A stretch of 64,000 nucleotides of DNA from Phycisphaerae bacterium (GTDB taxonomy: Bacteria > Planctomycetota > Phycisphaerae > UBA1845), in contig CAXXGO010000001.1 of the NCBI GenBank assembly GCA_963666835.2, positions 1,792,001-1,856,000 of the forward strand, written 5' to 3'. The number at the start of each line of letters is the position of its first letter. Position 1 is the stretch's first letter. Under the pieces are notes generated by a model that saw nothing but the letters and a program-made list of their open reading frames with translations, had not been told where the DNA came from and made no database searches. The position numbers and the translations under genes were made by a program. Shown here one piece after another: positions 40,201 through 49,274 of the stretch.

Positions 40201-42416
40201 TCGAAGTTTCGGATGACGGGCTTGTCTGGGATGTTGTGTGGGATCACACGGGTTCTGCGATAAATGAATCATCCTGGTCGCTTCAGACTTTGGATATTTC
40301 CGCGGTCGCCGACGGTGAATCGCAGGTCTACATTCGCTGGGGGATGGGACCGACCGGTTGGTTTGTTACATACCCGGGCTGGAACATCGACGACGTTCAG
40401 ATCATCGCCGACGGGTCCGTTTTGGAGCCGACATGTAGCGACAGCGTGCAGAACCAGGGTGAAGATCGTATCGACTGCGGAGGACCATGCGCGCCGTGCG
40501 AGTGTACATCTGATGCAGCTTGCAGCGACGGGGCGTTCTGTACCGGGAACGAGACCTGTGATGCGTTCGGACATTGTCTGGCGGGCGAGGACCCTTGCCC
40601 GGGGCTGATGTGCGACGAAGTGAGTGACGTTTGTGTGGAATGTCTGTCCGACGAAGATTGTGCTGACGAGTTCTTCTGCAACGGGGAGGAGACGTGCGAT
40701 GCGGAAGGGGATTGCCAGCCCGGTACCGCGGTAAACTGCAACGACGGCGTGTCATGCACGGTCGATTCATGTAACGAGGGGACGGACTCGTGTGATAACG
40801 TCGCGGACGACGCGTTGTGCGACAACGGTCTTTATTGCGACGGAACGGAAACATGCGACCAGGTGCAGGATTGTCAGGACGGTACCCCGATCGACTGCAA
40901 TGACGGCGTCGATTGTACGCTCGACCATTGTATCGAGGAGACGGATAGTTGCGAGAATGTTCCTAATGACGGGGCGTGCGATAACGGCCTATACTGCGAT
41001 GGAAACGAAACGTGTGATCCGATCCTTGATTGTCTCAGTGGGACGGCGGTTGACTGTAGCGACGAACACGAGTGCACGATCGATTCCTGCAACGAACTGA
41101 CTGATTCCTGTGATAATGTGCCGGATGACGAGCTGTGCAGTAACGGGGTTTATTGTGACGGGGCCGAGACGTGCAATCCTCTGCTGGGATGCCAGGCCGG
41201 CGCGTGGGTCAACTGTTACGACGGAGTGAGTTGCACGGTAGACTCCTGCAATGAAACGACCGATTCCTGCGACAACGTGCCCGACGATGAGGCGTGCAGC
41301 AACGGCATATTCTGTGATGGGGTGGAGATCTGCGACCCGATACTCGGCTGTCTGAGCGGGCCGGAGGTCGATTGCGCCGATGAGGTGAATTGCACCGTCG
41401 ACTTCTGCGATGAGGCGACCGAGACGTGTAAGAACCTGCCTGACGACGATTACTGTGCTGATCCGTTCTACTGCAATGGGGTGGAAACGTGCGACGTCGT
41501 AGAGGGGTGTCTGCCCGGGAGTAATCCGTGCCCGCCGGAGGAGTTCTGTCGGGAGTCTGACCACATGTGTGTCGAGTGCCTGATGGACTCCGACTGCGAT
41601 GACGAGGATCCCTGCACGGGGAACGAAGCGTGCGATCCTGACGGAATTTGCCTGCGGGTCGTAGTCCACGACTGCAATGGAAACAGCCTCGAAGATTTTT
41701 GCGATATTGACGCCGGGACCAGCGAAGACTGCAACGTCAACGAGGTTCCTGACGAATGCGATATCGGTCAGGGTACGTCAGCCGACAGTAACGGGGACGG
41801 CGTGCCGGATGAGTGTGAGTTGCAGCCGCCCAGCGCGGCGCCGGTTCCGCACGACATTACGAAGAACCGCTATATCTCGCTTGTGCCGAATAATGGGACC
41901 GTGGCGGTGGCTATCGCGGTCGAAGCGACGGCCTGCGAATTCGCCCCGGAGTCGATTGGTTTTCTGGGCTGGATCGGCGAGCCGAATGGCGATGATGTTG
42001 CCCGAGTCGCTGATGAGCCGGTCTACCGGGTTTGGGGCGATCAAGTCCATCACGTGAGCGATTGCCAGATCGTGCCGGCCGCAACGTACAGTCTACGAAC
42101 CACGCCGGATGGGGTTACGTTCAGTGATCCACTGGTCGTGCAAACGACTCCCGAACCTTTGCCGAAACACTGGGCGGACTGCGTCGGCGAGCTGGTCAAC
42201 GGCAACTGGACACCCCCGAACGGGTTCGTCAATACGGCGGATATTATGGCGATCATCCAGGCCTTCGAGTTCGTGCCCACGGCCCCCGATCCAAAGAGGG
42301 TTGATCTCGATCCCGAGGTTACCAACGCCGTAATCAACATGACCGACGTCTCCATGGTCGTTCAGGGCTTCAAGGGTATGAGCTACCCCTTCAACGCTCC
42401 GTTGGACTGCCCGTAG
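37263..42416 (+). CDS. Secreted S8 protease paralog with FN3-like domain and expanded Cys-rich (CTxDxC) repeats
   Basis: VLVYDS, HATHVAGT, GTSMAAP; LTGLSHGTPYYY (FN3); about six C.DGV.CTVD.CNE-type repeats; same C-terminal domain as the paralog. Confidence 0.9.
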   Translation: MIRTTNGGLLLPANAIMFVVLVLAAPVLGSGRVIEWRSGAVQMGEPSTADLATAISGLAARPDASHVVVQFRQPVGSTVRRLSSEAGMTLLSYLGNHAFFASFAADVDEQAVSMLPCLKDVRSIDRSWKLDSRIVSGSIPEWAVVSDTAAGKLVAVYVLFHPDVNLATDAVAVAQEHGGTVRDELRSINVLVVELPESEIEALADEDAVQWIEWPLPLMGDLNDGSRASTQADVVQAPPYDLDGTGVTVLVYDSRSARATHVDFEGRLTVGDSTTTSDHATHVAGTIGGAGIADSTYRGMAPGVDMLSYGNERDFFTGILLYSNPGDLEDDYDEAINTYGADISNNSIGTNVENNGFDCAIQGDYGITAALLDSIVAGSLGDPFRIVWSAGNERSGDRCDVEGYGDYYSTAPPAGAKNPISVGAINSNDESMTDFSSWGPLDDGRTKPDVCAPGCQTDGDLGVTSCSSSSDTAYRSACGTSMAAPATCGLCALLMQDFRSFFPTQPDPRNSTLKALLVHNADDFGAVGPDYQYGYGVVRIQETIDYMRIGNFLEDELVQGETFITWVSVEAGDELKVTVAWDDAAGAPNVVPALVNDLDLRVYDSSGVQYYPWTLDPTVPADPAVRIQADRVNNIEQVVVDAPAAGLWRVEVVGFDVPQGPQSFTLAASPQLVSCSSQGAVLFGAQRYGCTATAHVRVVDCDLNANPSVAETVTVSVASPTEPGGETVLLTETGSDTSDFRGTVQLDVVDASGVLQVAEGDTVNAVYIDADDGLGGVGVPVEATMTVDCLGPQISNVHVPEIDTFTATVSFETDERAVGTVWYGSTCETLNKSVVEPYPRTSHDVVLTGLSHGTPYYYAIEAEDEQGNESGDDNSGSCYSFCTREIVYTYSLNSNPGWTSEGNWGYGQPLGGGSHNGDPTAGYTGWFVYGYNLSGDYENDLPATYLTTAAIDCSGTTNTALRFRRWLGIESADYGDGATIEVSDDGLVWDVVWDHTGSAINESSWSLQTLDISAVADGESQVYIRWGMGPTGWFVTYPGWNIDDVQIIADGSVLEPTCSDSVQNQGEDRIDCGGPCAPCECTSDAACSDGAFCTGNETCDAFGHCLAGEDPCPGLMCDEVSDVCVECLSDEDCADEFFCNGEETCDAEGDCQPGTAVNCNDGVSCTVDSCNEGTDSCDNVADDALCDNGLYCDGTETCDQVQDCQDGTPIDCNDGVDCTLDHCIEETDSCENVPNDGACDNGLYCDGNETCDPILDCLSGTAVDCSDEHECTIDSCNELTDSCDNVPDDELCSNGVYCDGAETCNPLLGCQAGAWVNCYDGVSCTVDSCNETTDSCDNVPDDEACSNGIFCDGVEICDPILGCLSGPEVDCADEVNCTVDFCDEATETCKNLPDDDYCADPFYCNGVETCDVVEGCLPGSNPCPPEEFCRESDHMCVECLMDSDCDDEDPCTGNEACDPDGICLRVVVHDCNGNSLEDFCDIDAGTSEDCNVNEVPDECDIGQGTSADSNGDGVPDECELQPPSAAPVPHDITKNRYISLVPNNGTVAVAIAVEATACEFAPESIGFLGWIGEPNGDDVARVADEPVYRVWGDQVHHVSDCQIVPAATYSLRTTPDGVTFSDPLVVQTTPEPLPKHWADCVGELVNGNWTPPNGFVNTADIMAIIQAFEFVPTAPDPKRVDLDPEVTNAVINMTDVSMVVQGFKGMSYPFNAPLDCP

Positions 42417-42663
42417 ACCTTGGACGCCACGCGGGCGATCATTCGAGTTCGGCGTAGAGCCCCCGCATCCCTCGAGAGCGTATATCCTTGACGGCAGCGA
42501 CCCGTTCGCGAGCGCAGCGGCCCATTGGATGGGGCTTCCGCGAATCGGGGATTCGCGGTAGGATGCTCCGGTGCGGTCGAGAGCTGCGCGGACTGCGGCG
42601 GCGAGACCGCATCTTGCCCGATCCCGTCTGGTGCGGCGGCTCCGGCAAGATGGGGCAAGATGC

Positions 42664-42736
42664 GGGCCTGTAGCTCAGCGGTTAGAGCAGGCGACTCATA
42701 ATCGCTTGGTCGGGGGTTCGAATCCCTCCAGGCCCA
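42664..42736 (+). tRNA. tRNA with CAT anticodon, most likely tRNA-Ile2 (CCA not encoded)
   Basis: GGGCCTG acceptor stem / CAGGCCC-A; TAGCTCAGCGGTTAGAGCA D-arm; CTCATAA loop; GGTTCGAATCC. Paired G1-C72 argues against an initiator tRNA. Confidence 0.93.
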
Positions 42737-42820
42737 TTTTGTCCAGCCGTGCGGGGCGGATAACCGTGTCGTTCAGGCGGAGGACATGATGGAGTTCCAC
42801 CGGCACGCCGCGATGGATCG

Positions 42821-43972
42821 TCAGATGTATCGCGCAACCAGACCCGTCATGATGTCGTCGACGTTTTCCGGGGTGGCGCCTAGTTCGTCGCACGCGCGCT
42901 TGGCTCGGGCTCGGCGACGTTCGTCAAGCAGATCGCCGCAGCCGCGAAAGACGCCCATCCTGCGTCCAATCCGGTAGACCGTCTGCTCATGTGGGGGCAG
43001 AGCCAGGAACTCGCGAATGAGATGGGCCATCCGGTCCCGGTCGTCCGGGAGATCACCCTCCAGGTCGCCGAACAGGTTTAGGATGTGGTCACTTCTGACC
43101 TTACTCGTAATCCCGTTGAGGTTCTCGATGAAGCTGAGCAGCTCGGTCACGACCATGGTCTCCGGGCATTTGTCGAACCGGCCGTTGCGGCAATCTTCGA
43201 TGAGCGGAACGTGTTCTGGGATTGCGAGCGTTCTAATCCGGATGAAATCCGGGTCGATTTGGTTCAGAACCTCGGCCGTCTCCCGTGCGTGGGCGTGGGA
43301 AAGTCGCCGGCCTCCCAAACCCGGCATGACGTACTCCGACAGTTCGATCCCGGCCTGCTTGACCTTCAGCCCGGCGGCGATGTGCTTGTCTTTGGTTGCG
43401 CCCTTCTTAACGCGGGCGAGAACCTCGTCGCACCCCGATTCCAGGCCGACGTGGATCCGGTTCAACCCGGCCGCCGCGAGGGCGCCGAGATCGGCGTCCT
43501 TCTTCAAGGCGATAGTGTGCGAGCGTGAGTACGCCGTCACGCGCTGCACTTCCGGGAAGCACTCCCGGATATGAGTGAGGATTGCCACAAGGTCATCGGT
43601 CGAGACAACGAGAGCGTCGGCGTCCTGAAGGAACACGGATTTCATTCCTCCCGCAAGTGCCCAATGGAAGGCGGCTCTTGCGGCCGGGCGGTCTTCCGCG
43701 GCGGCTTCGATTGCGGGGCGGGCCGCGGTCAGCGTGTCTGGCGCAATGTCCCGGTCACGCAAGAGATCCGCGTAATAACGGACCCGGTCGATATCCCGCT
43801 TAATGTGGGCGACCGGGCGGAACGAGAACTTCGTCCCTTTGTATACCGGACAGAACCGGCAGCGGTTCCACGGGCAGTTTCGAGCTACACGGATTAGCAG
43901 GCTGTGCGCCTCGCTTGGCGGCCGGATCGGCCCCTGCTCGAACCCATCGTAACTGTTGTTAGTGTCTCGCAT
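42821..43972 (-). CDS. Radical SAM protein (RPPSEA subfamily)
   Basis: GPIRPPSEAHSLL, CPWNRCRFC, GLESG, MPGLGG, SDHILN. Confidence 0.88.
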   Translation of the reverse strand: MRDTNNSYDGFEQGPIRPPSEAHSLLIRVARNCPWNRCRFCPVYKGTKFSFRPVAHIKRDIDRVRYYADLLRDRDIAPDTLTAARPAIEAAAEDRPAARAAFHWALAGGMKSVFLQDADALVVSTDDLVAILTHIRECFPEVQRVTAYSRSHTIALKKDADLGALAAAGLNRIHVGLESGCDEVLARVKKGATKDKHIAAGLKVKQAGIELSEYVMPGLGGRRLSHAHARETAEVLNQIDPDFIRIRTLAIPEHVPLIEDCRNGRFDKCPETMVVTELLSFIENLNGITSKVRSDHILNLFGDLEGDLPDDRDRMAHLIREFLALPPHEQTVYRIGRRMGVFRGCGDLLDERRRARAKRACDELGATPENVDDIMTGLVARYI

Positions 43973-44320
43973 TCCTGTGGGGGCACTCCTCTACGCCGGA
44001 TGGTAACTCGTCTAGTGGCAGGCTTCCACAAAGCGGTACCGTTGTTCGGGCGGGGCAACCTGGACGGCTGGCCCGTCGCTTTGGGGGGGCGTCTATTCAG
44101 TCGATTCCGCGAGGTTTAGACGGCTGGCTCGGAGGCAAAACAAAGTTCCTTATTCTCGACAGGCACCTGGCACGCTCGATTTCGATTAAACCGACGGGCC
44201 CCCCAATGCGATGGGGCATCCATCGCGGTGGTTCTGCGGGTGTGGGGTTGTTCTATTGGTGTCGGGCCTCGTTACCGGCGCGGGGCGAGGGGCCCCGCGC
44301 CGGGGAACGACGGCCGAAGT

Positions 44321-47300
44321 CTAGGGGTTGTCCGGGTCCAGGCCGGTGAAGTCGGTCATGGTCTCGTAGACGGCTTGACCGTTCTCGTCGCACGGGTCGA
44401 CCAGGATCTTACGAGCGAAGACCGGGGAATCGTGGGTCAGAGCCCGGTGGCAGTCGTTGCAACTCCGCTCCGGAAGCGATCCGTAGCCCCACGACTCTTC
44501 CTTGGCCAGCACGTTGTGGTCCATGCCCCAGATGTACGGGTACCATTCCTCCATGGCGATACCCTTGCCGACGTAATTGAGGGACAGCACATTGTGCGAG
44601 TCGGCCGGGTCCTGATAGAAGAACCGCTTACCGCGGACCAGCACCGGGTTGGCCGCGACCTGCACGCCGTTGTCGTCGTTACCCTTGAGGGCCTGGATGA
44701 ACGTCAGAATCTCCTCGGGCGTGTTGATCTCGTTGCGCCCGTCACCGTCCGCGTCGGTTACCGCCAGCCACGGATCGGTGGCGGCGTTGGCAATGGCCTG
44801 AGCCACTCGCCAGGTATACAGCGGAGTGACGGTGTCGTCGGTGTAGTCGCCCGGGGTACCGTTAGTGTCCCAATCACCGAAGTAGTGCATGATCCAGACA
44901 CTGGCCGGGAACCAACGCTCGACCCCGTCGCTGTCCTTCTTGAGCATAAACGGCGGATACCAGCGACTGTCGCCGTCCACCGCCGCCGGATTCAGCGGAT
45001 CTTCCGAGTAATACTGGTGGGTCCAGCCGACGCTGCCGGGAACGGTACTGTCTCTGAAGAGCAGACCGGCGGTCAAAGCGTAAGGCACGTGGCACGCCTG
45101 GCAGGCGAGGACCTCGTACGGCGGCACCGCGTGAATGTTCAAATCACCGGGGACTTCCGGAGCGTCTTCGTGACGCACCGGGCTGTCCGAAAGGTGGCAC
45201 TCGCGGCATGACCGGAAATCGTTCGCATAGTCCAACTCGTCACGGAACTGGAGATTGAAGGCGTTACCCTTGCCCACGTTGTGGTCCAGTTCGCCCTCGT
45301 GACACTCCGTACAGACTCGGCTCTCGTTGGCGGGAATGTCGTTGGCGGGATCCTCGTCGTTGAGGTTGTTGAACTTGGCATAGTGTACGTCCCGATCGTC
45401 GAACCATACCATCCCCGCGACCACCGCCATCGGGTGGCAACTGGTGCAAGCCTGGTCCTTCGGCGGGTAGGCCAGCGACGACAACGCCAGCGAGAGCACG
45501 TCGTTCTCCCCGACGATCAAACTGCCGTCCGCTACGCCGACCGAGTAATCGATCGTCAGCGTGCTCGCCGCCGCGATCCCGCCCGATTCTTCCGGAACCG
45601 GATTGACGAACGCTTCATCCGCAGCACTGAGCCCGTCGGCGGAAGCTATGGCCGGGGAGGCCAACGCGTATTCGGAGTACCAGCCCTGCCCGGCGGTAGG
45701 TGCCGCGGCGAAGCCCGGAACCGGTTCGCCCGCGCCGTTGACCAGGTTGTTGGCGGCCGCGAGGGTATTACTGCGTTTGGCCTGGATCGTATCGGAGCCG
45801 CCGTTGTCGCGGTCCTCACGGTGGCACAAGAGGCAGTCGGGCTCGGAAAGACCGGTCTCGTCCCAGGGGGCGAGACTGGCTTGCCCCGTAGAGCCGTCCA
45901 CTACGCAATAGTCCCCGTCGAGGGCGACGTCGCCGGCGCTTTTGCCCAAAAGCTCGTAACCGAACTCGCCGGTGATTTCGTTGTAGAGGAGCTGATCGTC
46001 ACGATCGAACTCGCCCGGACCGCCGCCGGCGTGACAGCCGCTGCAATCGCGGATCCACGCGAAGGTCGACTGGTCAATGTCGGACGGACGGGTGTTGTCC
46101 TTGGCGGCCAGCATGAACTGGAACGTCTGACCCCACTGACCGTACCGGCCGGAACTCTTAGTCCAATACCGCCCGTCGCCGTAGTAGTCGTCGGCCATGT
46201 CGACGTTGCCGTCTACATCTGTGCGACCTTGCTGGAACCACTCGCCGTTGGCTACCTCGTCGGCCTCGTGGTCATGGCAGCCGCCGCAGGTCTGCCGCGG
46301 GCTGTAAGGCACCGTCGAGTCGACCGTGATCGGGTTCCCCAAAGAGTCCTTGAGGACCATTTGCGGGTGAGGATTGAGGTCGGTGAGTTCCTTGACGGTT
46401 TTGTAGATCGTCTGACCGTGCTCATCCAACGGATCGACGAGGATGAGGCGATCGAAGACCGGGGAGAGTTCGCCGTCGGCCGGGTGGCAGTCCAGACATC
46501 CGGCGAACGGATCGGCAGCGTGGCCCCAAGCTTCTTCCTGAGGAAGTACGTTGTGGTCCATGCCCCAGATATAGGGGTAGGACGTCATTGGGATGCCGGT
46601 CCCTTCATGCTCGAACGAGAGCACCGTGCCGGGATTGGCCGGGTCTTCGTAGAAGACCCGCGGTCCGCGAACCAGAACCGGGTTCGCCGCGAACGGCACG
46701 CCGTTGGAGTCGTTGCCGCGGAGAGCGGTAAGATAAGCCAGAATCTCCGCCGGAGTATTGATCTCTCCGCGTCCGTCGCCGTCGTCGTCCTGGAGTACTC
46801 CGGCCGGGACGTTCGCCGTCGCCTGGGCGGTTCGCCAGGTGTAGATCGGTGCGATTACGTCGTCGCTCAGATCGCCCGGAGTACCGTTATCGTCCCAGTC
46901 ACCGAAGTAGAACATGATCCATACGCTGGCCGGGAACCACCGCTTCACGCCGTCGCTGTCCTCTTTGAGCTGCAGGGGCGGATACCAGCGGCTGTCGCTG
47001 TCTTCGAGCGTCGGATCCAGCGGGTTCTCGGAGTAATACTGGTGGGTCCAGCCGACGCTGCCGGGAACGGTGATGTCGCGGAAGAGCAGACCGGCGGTCA
47101 GGGCGTAAGGTATGTGGCAGGCCTGGCACGAGAGAATATCGAACGGAGGCACGTTGTGGATCGTCTGCGTGCCGGGCACGTGTGGGGCGTCCGGATGACG
47201 GACCGGACTGTCGGTCAGGTGGCAATCGCGACAGGAGCGGAAGTTCTCCCAGTCCAGCTCGTTACGATACTGGAGCTGGAAGGAGTTGCCCTTGGCCGCA

Positions 47301-48772
47301 TTGTGGTCCAAGCCGGTCGGATGGCACTCGGAGCAGACGGTGCTCCGCTCCGCCGGGATGTCGTTGTCAGGGTCCTCGTCGTTGAGGTTGTTGAACTTGC
47401 GGTAGTGGATGTCACGATCGTCGAACCAGACTTCGCCGGCGACCACGGCCAAGGGGTGACAACTAACGCAGGCCCGATCGGCGGTTTTGAGGGATACGGA
47501 GTCCGGCGAGAGGAAGACCTCGTCGTTGTTGCCGACGGTCAGGCTGCCGTCGGTTACGCCGGTGTTGTAGTTGATGTCCAGAGTGGACGCGGCGGCTATG
47601 CCCCCGCGGCTCTGATCGTGGGCTTCGAGAAACGCTACGTCCGCGGTGGTCATTCCTTCGGTCGCGGCGATTGCGGAGGCGGGCTTGCTGAAACTGGAAT
47701 ACCAGCCCTGCCCGGCGGTCGAGGCGGCGGCAAACGCGGGGACCGGAGCTCCGCCGCCGTCGGTGAGGCTGTTGCCGGCCGCGAGGGTGTTGCTGCGGTT
47801 GGCCTGGATCGTGTCGGATCCGCCGTTGGTGCGGTCCGCCCGGTGGCACAAAAGGCAGTCGGGCTCGGAGAGTCCCGTTTCGTCCCAGGGTGCGGGGCTG
47901 ACCGTGCCGCTGGTTCTGTCGAGTACGCAGTAGTCGCCGTCGAGGGTTACATCGCCGGCGCTGTAGCCGAGCAGCTCATATCCGAACTGCCCGGAGGCTT
48001 CGTCGTAGAAGGGCTGGTTGTCGCGATCGAACTCGCCCGGCCCGCCTCCGGAGTGGCATCCGCTGCAGTCGCGGACCCAGGCGTAGGCGGACTGGTCGAT
48101 GTCGGAAGCGCGGTGGTTGTCCTTGGCGGCGAGCATGAACTGGAAGGACTGGCCCCACTTGCCGTACCGGCCGGCGCTCTTGATCCAGTATCTTCCGTCT
48201 CCGTAGTAGTCGTCGGCCATATCGACGTTGCCGGCCAAGTCGGTTCTGCCTTGCTGGAACCACTCGCCGTTGGCTACTTCGTCGGCGTCATGGTCGTGGC
48301 AGTCCCCGCAAGTCTGGCGGGGGCTGTACGGCACGGAGGAGTTGATCGTAATGGCGCTGCCGAGGCTGTCCTTGAGGGGAATCGGCGTATGCCCCCGGGC
48401 GTTTTGAAACCCGGCGAAGTCGGCAAAGTCGACGTCCCCGTCGCGGTCCGCGTCAAACAACGCTAAACAAACCGGCGGTATCTCGTCCCGAACCCCCGAT
48501 ACCGCAAAACACTCCTCAAAGAAACGAAAGTCCGTCAAATCGACGTAACCATTAACATCGAAATCCCACTGGTCGCTTTCGGCTGCTACTGCGATCGATG
48601 GAGAGGCTTCGATTGTGCTCGCCATTGTCTGGCGGACCTTCTGGATAGCCGGTCCCGGAGGCGCGCCGCGACCTCGTTGGGGTGAAGCGTCGATCGCTTC
48701 AACGGTCAGCTTGATCGTCAGGATGCCTAGGATGACGCAGAGCGTCCACGGTACGAGTGTCTTGCCGTTCAT
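44321..48772 (-). CDS. Multiheme cytochrome c, 16 CxxCH: signal/TM anchor + dockerin-like domain + two tandem octaheme modules
   Basis: Likely start MNGKTLVPW at 48772 (AAAGGGA RBS). Eight CxxCH in each of two ~675-aa paralogous modules starting LKDSLG..YSPRQTCGxCH..FQQG. Confidence 0.92.
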   Translation of the reverse strand: MNGKTLVPWTLCVILGILTIKLTVEAIDASPQRGRGAPPGPAIQKVRQTMASTIEASPSIAVAAESDQWDFDVNGYVDLTDFRFFEECFAVSGVRDEIPPVCLALFDADRDGDVDFADFAGFQNARGHTPIPLKDSLGSAITINSSVPYSPRQTCGDCHDHDADEVANGEWFQQGRTDLAGNVDMADDYYGDGRYWIKSAGRYGKWGQSFQFMLAAKDNHRASDIDQSAYAWVRDCSGCHSGGGPGEFDRDNQPFYDEASGQFGYELLGYSAGDVTLDGDYCVLDRTSGTVSPAPWDETGLSEPDCLLCHRADRTNGGSDTIQANRSNTLAAGNSLTDGGGAPVPAFAAASTAGQGWYSSFSKPASAIAATEGMTTADVAFLEAHDQSRGGIAAASTLDINYNTGVTDGSLTVGNNDEVFLSPDSVSLKTADRACVSCHPLAVVAGEVWFDDRDIHYRKFNNLNDEDPDNDIPAERSTVCSECHPTGLDHNAAKGNSFQLQYRNELDWENFRSCRDCHLTDSPVRHPDAPHVPGTQTIHNVPPFDILSCQACHIPYALTAGLLFRDITVPGSVGWTHQYYSENPLDPTLEDSDSRWYPPLQLKEDSDGVKRWFPASVWIMFYFGDWDDNGTPGDLSDDVIAPIYTWRTAQATANVPAGVLQDDDGDGRGEINTPAEILAYLTALRGNDSNGVPFAANPVLVRGPRVFYEDPANPGTVLSFEHEGTGIPMTSYPYIWGMDHNVLPQEEAWGHAADPFAGCLDCHPADGELSPVFDRLILVDPLDEHGQTIYKTVKELTDLNPHPQMVLKDSLGNPITVDSTVPYSPRQTCGGCHDHEADEVANGEWFQQGRTDVDGNVDMADDYYGDGRYWTKSSGRYGQWGQTFQFMLAAKDNTRPSDIDQSTFAWIRDCSGCHAGGGPGEFDRDDQLLYNEITGEFGYELLGKSAGDVALDGDYCVVDGSTGQASLAPWDETGLSEPDCLLCHREDRDNGGSDTIQAKRSNTLAAANNLVNGAGEPVPGFAAAPTAGQGWYSEYALASPAIASADGLSAADEAFVNPVPEESGGIAAASTLTIDYSVGVADGSLIVGENDVLSLALSSLAYPPKDQACTSCHPMAVVAGMVWFDDRDVHYAKFNNLNDEDPANDIPANESRVCTECHEGELDHNVGKGNAFNLQFRDELDYANDFRSCRECHLSDSPVRHEDAPEVPGDLNIHAVPPYEVLACQACHVPYALTAGLLFRDSTVPGSVGWTHQYYSEDPLNPAAVDGDSRWYPPFMLKKDSDGVERWFPASVWIMHYFGDWDTNGTPGDYTDDTVTPLYTWRVAQAIANAATDPWLAVTDADGDGRNEINTPEEILTFIQALKGNDDNGVQVAANPVLVRGKRFFYQDPADSHNVLSLNYVGKGIAMEEWYPYIWGMDHNVLAKEESWGYGSLPERSCNDCHRALTHDSPVFARKILVDPCDENGQAVYETMTDFTGLDPDNP

Positions 48773-48923
48773 GGTCCAATCCCTTTGACGGTACGCCCCG
48801 ATCGTTGACTGATGGCTGACCCGCCCGCCACGACAGATGGTCGCGGTCCCCGGCGGGCGATGAACTGAGCCACCGACCTTCATGGGCCCTAACAGTGCGT
48901 ACTTAATGCCTCGACCTCGGGTG

Positions 48924-48939
48924 TTAATCGGATGATTAA
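48924..48939. promoter_or_regulatory. Palindromic operator-like site in the divergent cytochrome/pepP intergenic region
   Basis: Perfect TTAATC-N4-GATTAA in a GC-rich genome, ~150 bp upstream of the cytochrome start. Confidence 0.4.
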
Positions 48940-49274
48940 GGGAGCTGTTGGATGTAATCGTGGGAAAAACCCTGCGTGACCGTCGGTTGGAGAGAGGTAC
49001 AGCTACGTCACCCCACGGCCTCCCGATCTCGTCATCCGAAACCGTCTCAGAACAAGTTCCTCTCTTGAATGGGCTCAAACCGTTGTCGGTAGCGGTGTGC
49101 GTTTGCGGAACAGGTTGTGTTACAGAATGCAGTAGTCCACCATGCAGGGCGCCCGCGGCGGTTGCTTTGCCGACGTCGCCGGTTGCCGGTAAGCTCGACA
49201 CCGATCCGCTGCAAGAAGATCCGCAGGCGGTTTCAGGGAGGAGTGTAATGACAGAGAACAGTGGTTCCTTGGCC

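Noticed and set aside
42664..42736. tRNA as an integration site for an island or prophage
   Set aside because: I saw no integrase and no duplicated tRNA 3' end in the window.
43840..43880. Atypical CX4CX2C radical SAM motif as a novelty
   Set aside because: This spacing is normal for the RPPSEA-type radical SAM subfamily.
45281..48466. 1061-aa plus-strand ORF
   Set aside because: Antisense shadow of the cytochrome gene caused by GC-rich codon bias; no recognisable motifs. The same applies to 57473-59155, 6894-8003, 52936-54060 and similar ORFs.
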